From a virus, in the IMG/VR virus record IMGVR_UViG_3300033145_000849, positions 1-64,000 of that record: a stretch of DNA of 64,000 bases; one strand, written 5' to 3'. Position numbers and translations under genes: made by a program. This document shows positions 27,353-35,317 of this stretch, piece after piece. The notes under the pieces were generated by a model. That model worked only from the letters and a program-made list of their open reading frames with translations. It made no database searches and was not told the DNA's origin. Within the stretch, counting starts at the first letter, position 1, and every line of letters begins with the position of its first letter.

Positions 27353-29479
27353 CTATAAGACTTCGTATCGTTTTTCTTTTACTGCTTCCTTAAAGAAGTT
27401 AACAAGGTGAGGGTCTGAAGGTAGAAGCTCATCGTTTAGCATTGCTTCTATCGTGTCTATCGTCAAATCAACTTCTAGTCTTTTCCAGCAAGTATGACTC
27501 ACTTTGCAAGGCTGGTACCAACAATCCCAAGTAGCTAAATTACTTATAGTAAAAGTAGTATCTTTATCTACAGTGATATCATAAACATATTCATCCTTTC
27601 TTGATGATATTTCTATTTTAGAAATAGGAGTATAAATAAAATTGTCATCAGCTAATGATCGACTAAAGTCTTTGTCTTCTGATACATATATTCTATAGAT
27701 TATAGAATTCTTTTTGAAATTAGTATCTCTAACCCTTTTGTAAACATGTACATATTTACCGAACCTAGTATAAATCTCTTGAAGGCCATAAGCAATCTGT
27801 TTTGAAGCGGTAGAATAAACTCTATTTTTTTTATCCCTATATCCATCACCTTCAAAATATCCATCTAGAAAGGCTTCTAAGTCTTCATCTTTACATCTGA
27901 AATAACAAGTAGGAATTTTTTTAGTTGGAGCACGAGTTTTAATCCCGAATAAAGCTTTTATCTCATTAAACAAAGCCTTATTAGAAACTTTAACCACTAA
28001 AGAATTCCCTTTACTATTTTTTTCTACCTGAAAAACATGGATGTCAAAAGCTTTAGCTAGAACATTTCGGATATCTTTCAATAATTCTTGTTCATCTCCG
28101 CCAATAGTTAAAATAGTTTCATAACCCCGAGAATTTGCAGTAGGTCCTTTTAAATATCCTTCAGCCATATATAACCCATGAAACCAACATCTTTCCTTAC
28201 GGAAATCCTCTTTAAAGGGTAAGTTTTCAACAAATTTATTCCGAGGAATACATAAAAAATCTCTTTCTTTTAATTCCTTTGCTGGAATCCATTCTGGATT
28301 TGTTTCATATTTACTTGACCTAAAAACATCCATATACTGTAAGCTAGCTAACATTTTATGATCTTCTGTAATAGTAATAGGTTCATTCTTGCCTACAACA
28401 GTAATGTCATACAGCTCTCTGTCTCTTCTAAGATTTTTATGGAGTTTAGTTACTTTATGTAGCTGTCCTGATTGAGTTTTTACATTATCTCCTATTTGAA
28501 TGTCTTTAATCTCTTTGTATCCATCATGAGTTAATACAAAACTTTCTTCTACCACACAAGGACTGCAAGATAAGTCTTGCCCTGCCCAGATAGCAACAGC
28601 TTCTGGATAGTAATTGATTCTAGCGTTGGGGTCTGTAGGGCCAAAGAGCGACACTGTCTTCTTTCCTAATGCTCCAGCTAAGTGGAGTATAGACGAATCA
28701 GGACACAAGACTAGATCACAAAAGTTCATAACTGCAGTAATCTTTCTAACGTCCCAATCTCTGAGTTCTAAGATGTCTGCAAATCCCCACTCTGTTGTAT
28801 AGTTGTCTGAACCATGAGTAAAGACAATAGCTTTGAGATCTCGTCTCTTCATTAACAGTTGAGCTAAAACTTTCTGAATTGTTTCAGTTGGAGCATCTCT
28901 TTGACTAGCACTAGAGAAAGGTTGTACTAGTATGATCTTACGCTTTCCTATCTGTGATTCTTCAATCATTTGCTGTGCAGCCTCAAGCTCTCCTGGTTGA
29001 AAAGCATAGTCTAAAGTAACGTCTTTCAGAGGAAAGACTCCAGCATGCTTAGCAAACAAATCTATTCTATTAACAGGAACTGCATGAGGTTTCTCGTGGT
29101 ACACACAAGGACAAGTCAAGTCTATTACACCATCATAATCCGATGTTTGAATCTCCCGCCAGGGAATGACATTTTTAATATCTGGATGCCCATACAGAAC
29201 TTTTGGTAAAGCTCCTTCCAGGTATTCAAAATCTGTACCATAGTCTATAGATATCTTATATTTATTAGCAATCGCTTTCACAGTAGGTAGAGTCATTAGT
29301 ACATCGCCCATTCCACCTTGTGTTCTGGTAATTGCAATCTTTGGTGCTTGGCCTATACGAAGACCATCTATTCTTTTTAAAATTTGAGAAGGTTGACTAT
29401 ACAGAGATGCAGTAATGTTGGGAATTGTTTGCTTTGTTGGCACCAATATCCCACGTCTATTCGGTTTCAATATTCTCAT
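27353..29479 (-). CDS. GT9 (heptosyltransferase-like) glycosyltransferase containing an intein
   Basis: GGMGDVLMTLP, PDSSILHLAGA, LFGPTDP. The C-terminal CSPC..C..C motif is split by the intein. Spliced product about 363 aa. Confidence 0.92.
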   Translation of the reverse strand: MRILKPNRRGILVPTKQTIPNITASLYSQPSQILKRIDGLRIGQAPKIAITRTQGGMGDVLMTLPTVKAIANKYKISIDYGTDFEYLEGALPKVLYGHPDIKNVIPWREIQTSDYDGVIDLTCPCVYHEKPHAVPVNRIDLFAKHAGVFPLKDVTLDYAFQPGELEAAQQMIEESQIGKRKIILVQPFSSASQRDAPTETIQKVLAQLLMKRRDLKAIVFTHGSDNYTTEWGFADILELRDWDVRKITAVMNFCDLVLCPDSSILHLAGALGKKTVSLFGPTDPNARINYYPEAVAIWAGQDLSCSPCVVEESFVLTHDGYKEIKDIQIGDNVKTQSGQLHKVTKLHKNLRRDRELYDITVVGKNEPITITEDHKMLASLQYMDVFRSSKYETNPEWIPAKELKERDFLCIPRNKFVENLPFKEDFRKERCWFHGLYMAEGYLKGPTANSRGYETILTIGGDEQELLKDIRNVLAKAFDIHVFQVEKNSKGNSLVVKVSNKALFNEIKALFGIKTRAPTKKIPTCYFRCKDEDLEAFLDGYFEGDGYRDKKNRVYSTASKQIAYGLQEIYTRFGKYVHVYKRVRDTNFKKNSIIYRIYVSEDKDFSRSLADDNFIYTPISKIEISSRKDEYVYDITVDKDTTFTISNLATWDCWYQPCKVSHTCWKRLEVDLTIDTIEAMLNDELLPSDPHLVNFFKEAVKEKRYEVL
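27524..28558 (-). mobile_element. intein with LAGLIDADG homing endonuclease (345 aa)
   Basis: Block A CVVEESFVLT, block B ITEDHKML, LAGLIDADG motifs FHGLYMAEG and FLDGYFEGDG, block F VYDITV. Ends ...NLATWD before a +1 Cys. Visibly AT-richer than its flanks. Confidence 0.92.
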
Positions 29480-29497
29480 TTAATATCCTGTATGTAG

Positions 29498-30553
29498 TTA
29501 TAGTTGTGAGGCAAGTAAACATCCACGTGCAACTGCTCTAAGAGGATCCTCTGCTAGCCTAATCTCCTTTATCTCAAAGGGTAGTTGGTCAGTAAGGGGG
29601 CTAGTCTCTGGATCATTAAACCATTCAAGACGTTCCTTGAACTTGTTTACAAATCCTTTTGCTCGACTAGTTCCTCCAGCAGCGATGATAGGAATAGGCT
29701 GCGTAAACTTAGGTAGATCGCCAGCTTGATTAAGCCGTCTAATCATATGTTCGATAGTATAATCAATTAGCCTGACATAGTAAAGAGAAACTGCACTGAT
29801 AATTGGATTGTTAGGATTTTCATAACCAATGTTGAACTCAGTGTTCTCTTTTTCTAGCTGAACTACTGTATCAGGTTGAGCTGTAGCAACAGAGGCCATA
29901 CGATCAATCCAATCTCCACTCTTAGTAGTGCTCCAGTGACACACAGCCTCTCCTGAACTCATTAGACAAGCATTAACCATACCAGCACCGAAAGATAAAC
30001 AACAGCCGCTGTAGTCTTCCTTCTCGAGCTCTGAATAGCATATAGCTTCTGCTTCAGGAAGAGGAACAGGAGAAAACCCTAGGTCTTTAATGTCATTGTT
30101 CAATGCGTCAGTATGAAAACCAACGTCAAAGTTATCAGAGGTTTGATCTACTGGTTGAGCTGGTACTGAATAAACAACCTTCTCGCCTTCAGCAAGAGGT
30201 TTTTCTAAGACTTCCTTAAAGATATGGCGAAGGATTCGGCGGGCTTGCTTCTCTTTAGGAGAAATAACTCCACGAACTAGAGGTCTATTAGCAGACTGAT
30301 GTCTTTCCACTGCTCTCTCTATAGCATCCATACCCACTACAATAAAACTACCATCTGCTTCAGAGAAATACTGCTGACCTTTCAGTCCTTTTTCAATCAT
30401 TTGTCTAGCAATAGTAGTAGCTCCCTTAATCCTAAAGAAAGCATCCCTGAATTCGGTATAACGAATCTTTCCACCTTCGTCAAACTCTCTAGATGTAATG
30501 ATAAAACTAGTTCCAACATCAAGACCTCGTCCAGAAATAAATTTATCAGCCAT
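29498..30553 (-). CDS. actin-fold ATPase (MreB/FtsA/MamK/ParM superfamily)
   Basis: Phosphate-1 GLDVGTS, connect-1 EAEA, phosphate-2 SFGAG, adenosine IAAGGTS, connect-2 DPLRAVARG. Confidence 0.88.
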   Translation of the reverse strand: MADKFISGRGLDVGTSFIITSREFDEGGKIRYTEFRDAFFRIKGATTIARQMIEKGLKGQQYFSEADGSFIVVGMDAIERAVERHQSANRPLVRGVISPKEKQARRILRHIFKEVLEKPLAEGEKVVYSVPAQPVDQTSDNFDVGFHTDALNNDIKDLGFSPVPLPEAEAICYSELEKEDYSGCCLSFGAGMVNACLMSSGEAVCHWSTTKSGDWIDRMASVATAQPDTVVQLEKENTEFNIGYENPNNPIISAVSLYYVRLIDYTIEHMIRRLNQAGDLPKFTQPIPIIAAGGTSRAKGFVNKFKERLEWFNDPETSPLTDQLPFEIKEIRLAEDPLRAVARGCLLASQL

Positions 30554-31017
30554 TAGCGTCCCTTCCTTTTACGTAAAGCTTTCAGTTTGTCCTTAGCAGA
30601 GACAAGCGCCTTATCCTTTTTAGTCTCTTTCTTAGCTAAAGCAGCTGATCCTTTACCTTTCTTAATTTCTTCTTGTTCCCCAATACCAACATCAACAACA
30701 GATTCGTCCATACTAACAGGAGGAGATGATAGCTCAGAAGCATATAGAACTGTTTCCTGATGTGTAGGGAACTGTGTGGCAACTTGTACTGGTGCAGGTT
30801 GTTGAATCTTATCTGCTAGAGACCTAACAGCAGCTAAAAGCTGATTCAATATAGATAGTTGTTGAGTTAAGTCAATATTTACAACTACTTCATTAGACGA
30901 AACAGTTTGAGGAGCTGATGGGCTTCTTGGTTTACGGTTAGAAAAAAGGTTGCTCTTAGGTCTATTACTTACCCCACTGTGGTCTACTATGCCTGTACGT
31001 GGGTTTGTTTTGGCCAT
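30553..31017 (-). CDS. hypothetical protein (basic, partly disordered; possible actin partner)
   Basis: 154 aa, translationally coupled to the actin gene (TAATG overlap). Lys-rich C-terminus. Confidence 0.65.
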   Translation of the reverse strand: MAKTNPRTGIVDHSGVSNRPKSNLFSNRKPRSPSAPQTVSSNEVVVNIDLTQQLSILNQLLAAVRSLADKIQQPAPVQVATQFPTHQETVLYASELSSPPVSMDESVVDVGIGEQEEIKKGKGSAALAKKETKKDKALVSAKDKLKALRKRKGR

Positions 31018-31470
31018 TTAATCAGCCTGACCTGTAGGGCCAGGAGTTCCGTCCTCTTGATAGCCACGTATCTGATCTACAATTTCACCATCAGATACCA
31101 TAGGTTTGCCCGACATGTCGACCCAAGCAAATGCTTCATTGACCTTTGTCCAAACAGGAACACTGCATCTTTGTCTAAGTTTAGCCATCATGAATCGAGC
31201 TTCTGCCATAATAATCTTCATGTTCTCATCTAGTTCTACTGATTTCTTTATCTCTTTATCAGTTATAGTAGGAGCCTCTAAAGGCATATCGTTACCTGCC
31301 TTATCTTTTAGAACAAACCGATGAGTAATAAGATCGATACTGGCTTCTTCTGGTACATTGTATTTTCTTCTTAACTTCCTAAAATGTAAATCAAATTCTG
31401 CTTGGGCTAACTCTTGGTCATGTAACGAATCGTTTAGACCTTCCATCTCTTCTGGATTTGGGTTTCTCAT
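31018..31470 (-). CDS. hypothetical protein
   Basis: 150 aa with AAGGA RBS. Weak internal duplication: LRRKYNVP and LRQRCSVP. Confidence 0.65.
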   Translation of the reverse strand: MRNPNPEEMEGLNDSLHDQELAQAEFDLHFRKLRRKYNVPEEASIDLITHRFVLKDKAGNDMPLEAPTITDKEIKKSVELDENMKIIMAEARFMMAKLRQRCSVPVWTKVNEAFAWVDMSGKPMVSDGEIVDQIRGYQEDGTPGPTGQAD

Positions 31471-31505
31471 AGTTTTTCCTTGTAAAACCTTCTTGATTGA
31501 TATTT

Positions 31506-31511
31506 ATTATA
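31506..31511 (-). promoter_or_regulatory. TATAAT -10 box heading the actin/glycan gene run
   Basis: Perfect TATAAT in an AT-rich 58-bp gap. No convincing -35. Confidence 0.35.
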
Positions 31512-31528
31512 CTTAAAAACTAATCTTA

Positions 31529-32809
31529 CTATGATGTAGCTGGTGTTGGCAAATAATATGAAATAACTATAGTTACTCGTCCCGCGTTATCCGATGTGGC
31601 GTCGGGGGTAAATAGAATTGTCTTTGCTGTTACAGCTGCTGTACCAAACCCATTAATACCCTGATCGGTGGTTGTGGCAGCCGTGTTCATTCCTGTTGTA
31701 AATAATTGTGCAGTACCTGTTATTCCAACATCCATTGTACTACTGCCACCTGGCTGTGTTTTGATTCGTGTTGTTACGCCAAGGACAACCGCTCCAGCTG
31801 GGATCTCCGCAGTACTAGATGTTGTTGCTGCATTATCAATTACAATATCTTCTTCTACTACAGTACCAAAGAGATTCTGAGCACCGATTAATGCATGACC
31901 ATTTATTTCAAGGTCCCCATTACCATGTATGCCACCAACTGCTTTAAAATTGGTTCCTGTAGTTGCTATCCATCCAAACCGGTGAATATATCCTACCGGT
32001 TCTATGTTGGTTCCACCGCGCCACGCACTGTAAATCCCAGCGCGACCAGCAGTCTCTGGTCTTAGACTAACTAAAGCAAGGGAATTTGTAGTATTACCAG
32101 ATCGTATAGTAGCAAAATCACCATCTGTTGCACCATTAAAATATTTTCCTGATCCACTGAGGTGTAAATAGGAGCCGCCAATTTGAAAAATTTGGGAACT
32201 TAACTCTAGCTTAATATCGCCACCAAAGTTTGCTTCTCCAGTGCCTCTAAAAGTAACTATACGAACCCAAGATGCAGATGTACCGGGGCGCTGTACTCGT
32301 GATAATATATTGATACCTGCCCATGGCGGATTGCCATCGGCGCCAGAACAAGTGATTAACCCCTCGAGTTCCCAATCTCTCGCTTCTCCAGTATGCCAAA
32401 CAGAACCCTCTAGTGCTAATCCAGCTACCCATTGATTTAAACCAATTGTTGCGATGGTAGTATTTTGGTACGTTACAGAGCTTACTTTATAATCCTCGTT
32501 AACATCGTCTTTCTTAAAAATAACATTACTACCATCAACATCAATTACATTTCCACTGATATATGCTGAATCAAGACTTACACCAGATGCAGTAGACCAG
32601 TTTCCTTTACCATCTAAATATTCAGTAGTTACATTGCTTAGTTTAGGTAAAAGTCCATGAGCAGTAGTAGAAACATTTAGGTCAAGAATATCAGTAGCTG
32701 GACCTAAAGTGTCAATTGCAATCGTATCGGCACCAGTCGACTCGTGAGTAGAAGCATGGTATCCAACTTCACTGCTTGCGCTGCTGCTTCTATGTGCAAA
32801 GAATGCCAT
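31529..32809 (-). CDS. tail fibre/decoration-like protein
   Basis: HASTHESTGAD and YLDGKGNWS fibre-type motifs. G/T/S-rich beta structure with a C-terminal IPAGAVV...GRVTIVISY domain. Confidence 0.6.
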   Translation of the reverse strand: MAFFAHRSSSASSEVGYHASTHESTGADTIAIDTLGPATDILDLNVSTTAHGLLPKLSNVTTEYLDGKGNWSTASGVSLDSAYISGNVIDVDGSNVIFKKDDVNEDYKVSSVTYQNTTIATIGLNQWVAGLALEGSVWHTGEARDWELEGLITCSGADGNPPWAGINILSRVQRPGTSASWVRIVTFRGTGEANFGGDIKLELSSQIFQIGGSYLHLSGSGKYFNGATDGDFATIRSGNTTNSLALVSLRPETAGRAGIYSAWRGGTNIEPVGYIHRFGWIATTGTNFKAVGGIHGNGDLEINGHALIGAQNLFGTVVEEDIVIDNAATTSSTAEIPAGAVVLGVTTRIKTQPGGSSTMDVGITGTAQLFTTGMNTAATTTDQGINGFGTAAVTAKTILFTPDATSDNAGRVTIVISYYLPTPATS

Positions 32810-32825
32810 TAAACATCAATCTCCC

Positions 32826-33275
32826 TTATAATGAATCAAGTCTAGTAGCTACTAAAACACCAGAACTAGTAGACGCTCGTTCTATAGCAAAATAAGCTTC
32901 GTTAACACCAGATACAGTAGCCAGTCTCCAAGTGTCTGCTAATAGACGAGAATTAGTTCTTGTACCTGTATTTAGAGTAATAGCAGAATTTCCTTGCTTA
33001 AGATAACAGTTCTCAGCACGAGCTTCTAGTTCAACAACAAAGGGATATCCAGCTGCAGCTAGTCCAGTAGTATCAAGTCTTCGTTCAATAGCATCAATAA
33101 GAACTTCTACAGAATCTCCTATAAGTAAAAAGTTATTAACATCTACAGTCAGACCAGCAGTAGTAACTTCAGCTCTAGTTTCTGTATCAGCATCTTTAAT
33201 CTCTACAGCGCCGATATTGGTATCGTACCCGCTTTCAATAACTACAGTGTCATTTTCTTGATCAATAAACGGCAT
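32826..33275 (-). CDS. putative structural protein
   Basis: Acidic, beta-rich 149-aa ORF with IGAVEIKD, in the structural run. GGAG RBS. Confidence 0.55.
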   Translation of the reverse strand: MPFIDQENDTVVIESGYDTNIGAVEIKDADTETRAEVTTAGLTVDVNNFLLIGDSVEVLIDAIERRLDTTGLAAAGYPFVVELEARAENCYLKQGNSAITLNTGTRTNSRLLADTWRLATVSGVNEAYFAIERASTSSGVLVATRLDSL

Positions 33276-33287
33276 CTATGTTTCCCC

Positions 33288-33668
33288 CTAGCTTACAGTA
33301 ATCTTAAGGCCAGTAGATTTAGATATAATCTTAATATCATCAACTGGAAACTCAGTCCAAGTTTGAGAATTTCCAGATTCGATTATAATGTTTGGAACTG
33401 AAATATCTTCTATCTCGTCAGCCTCAATAGGACTTCGATGAAAAGCTGCATCTGGAATCCAATTATTACCAGCAGCTTCCTGGCTTTTGAAAATTTTTCT
33501 TCCAACATTAAAACGAATGATCGAACTTCCACCTATACTCTCTATAGTAACATGAGACGCTGGATGACCAAGAGACTCTGTTATTCCTAGAATATCGTCA
33601 TTGGTTAGCTCTGCAGGTACCCATTGTTGGTATTGAGCTTTATCTTTCGTGTTTTTAGTAAGCGACAT
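33288..33668 (-). CDS. putative structural protein
   Basis: 126 aa, beta-rich, AGGAG RBS. Confidence 0.55.
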   Translation of the reverse strand: MSLTKNTKDKAQYQQWVPAELTNDDILGITESLGHPASHVTIESIGGSSIIRFNVGRKIFKSQEAAGNNWIPDAAFHRSPIEADEIEDISVPNIIIESGNSQTWTEFPVDDIKIISKSTGLKITVS

Positions 33669-33686
33669 GTATATTTCTCCTTGTGG

Positions 33687-35300
33687 TTACCAAAGGGCAA
33701 CAATTAAACTATCAGTCAGATATCCACTAGCAAGAGTTAACGTGAAGGCATTAACACTTGTATGTTCCCATGAATGTGGAAATTCTCCAGAAGCAGACAC
33801 TGTAGGATTTATCTGAACCAATTGGACGATAGGATACGAATTTCTATTGTGAGTAACACTCCATGGACCTGGTCCAACAGCCGAGGTTTCTAATCTTCTG
33901 AAATGTTCTCCACCTATAGTAATGTCAGGGTTAGCCATCCAGCCTAAAGTGTCTTCTAGGTCACCTGCGTCTAATCTTGTTCCACTAGCAGTAACATGAA
34001 TAGTATCGGCCCAATGTTCTCGAGACGAAGGAGGATCACCAGCAAGTGGATCTTGTTTATGGTCTGAGAGAGCAGAATCTAGGTTTCCAATAGAAGTTTC
34101 TAAAGAATTTCCGTTAGTTACATATACTGTACTAGAATAAGTTGGTGTAGAATCACTCATGCTACTTTGACCAACAAAGGTACGGGTGTTAGTTATAGCG
34201 GTAACCATAACACCAGAGAAAGCTGCTAGAGCTACATCGATTTCATCTACAGCTGTTTCAAGACTGTCTCCATCAGAGATATAGTTCTCTCCAATATAGG
34301 AGGGGCTATCGTCCGTATGGCTCGTTTGTCCAGTAAAGTCCCTAACTGCATCCATAGCAACTGTAAGGTCTTCTACATCGTCAAAATGATAACCCCAGGG
34401 ATTGCCAGCTGCTTTGGTTCCAGAGCCAGCTGTGCTGGTTAGAAGTTCTTCTAGGCTAGTTGCTCCAGCAACATATAGAGCAGTATTAGCATCTGTCCAA
34501 CTACCTACACTGGCATGTCTTAGAACGTGAATCTGTGTTCTGATTTGGTCTAAATCGTCTTCTAAATCAGCAGGGACGCCACCATAAGTATCGTCTCCAG
34601 GAGCAGTTGTGCCTACATCAGATTGAGCAAGAGTAACACTGCCAACATGATCTACAACAATATCAGTATTCCAATCTCCATTATGGATCTGGAGTAGAGC
34701 ATCAACCATGTCCCTAACGGAATAGGTAAGATCGGCATATCCATCGTAACCAAGATTATAAGAACCTTCATCATAGAGGTCCTTGGCAAGCTGAAGAACG
34801 TTAAAACGACTATTCTCAGACTTGGTATCTAGACTATCGGCAGAAGAATCGATTGTAGCGTCAAAGATATTATCACCAATAGCAGTCTTCTCAGCAGCAG
34901 TAAGGCCACTAGCAAGCTCGGCAACATCCTCTAATACTTGAGCAATCTGAGTAGTTAGACTAGTGTAGACATCATCGAATGCTTCCTTAACCGTAACGGG
35001 TCGAGCATTAGTACTGTCGTAGTAAGAGAGATCGTCCGAGGTTGATACAACATCTTTATCAACCCATAGATTATTGCCATCTAGACCGTTAGCAAAGGCA
35101 TCTATTGAAGTATCATCCACTCCATTAGGTAGACCAAGTATAATTGGGGCTAGTTTATTATTCCATTCTAGAGTTAAAGAAGAGAGATCATTGGCTATTT
35201 CCTCAGCACTATCGTTCCAGGAATCAGAAGAAGTAGGACCGGTTCTAGGAGCCGATCTCACACTATATGTAAAATTGAGATCATTCAGTTTTTTTGCCAA
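33687..35300 (-). CDS. fibre-like structural protein with internal repeat
   Basis: TTG start with GAGGAG. Very acidic. Two copies of F.GQ.S..D..P.Y....Y...G.SLET....D.AL. C-terminal VTHNRNSYPIVQ domain. Confidence 0.7.
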   Translation of the reverse strand: MAKKLNDLNFTYSVRSAPRTGPTSSDSWNDSAEEIANDLSSLTLEWNNKLAPIILGLPNGVDDTSIDAFANGLDGNNLWVDKDVVSTSDDLSYYDSTNARPVTVKEAFDDVYTSLTTQIAQVLEDVAELASGLTAAEKTAIGDNIFDATIDSSADSLDTKSENSRFNVLQLAKDLYDEGSYNLGYDGYADLTYSVRDMVDALLQIHNGDWNTDIVVDHVGSVTLAQSDVGTTAPGDDTYGGVPADLEDDLDQIRTQIHVLRHASVGSWTDANTALYVAGATSLEELLTSTAGSGTKAAGNPWGYHFDDVEDLTVAMDAVRDFTGQTSHTDDSPSYIGENYISDGDSLETAVDEIDVALAAFSGVMVTAITNTRTFVGQSSMSDSTPTYSSTVYVTNGNSLETSIGNLDSALSDHKQDPLAGDPPSSREHWADTIHVTASGTRLDAGDLEDTLGWMANPDITIGGEHFRRLETSAVGPGPWSVTHNRNSYPIVQLVQINPTVSASGEFPHSWEHTSVNAFTLTLASGYLTDSLIVALW

Positions 35301-35317
35301 TGTGAAACTCCTCTTGA

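Noticed and set aside
3690-29479. Ordinary bacterial O-antigen or capsule locus
   Set aside because: No Wzx/Wzy/Wzz/ABC transporter, initiating transferase or nucleotidyltransferase is seen, and the cluster is embedded between phage tail and replication genes.
29498-30553. Magnetosome MamK or cell-division FtsA/MreB assignment
   Set aside because: No mam, fts or mre neighbours. The sequence supports only the actin superfamily level.
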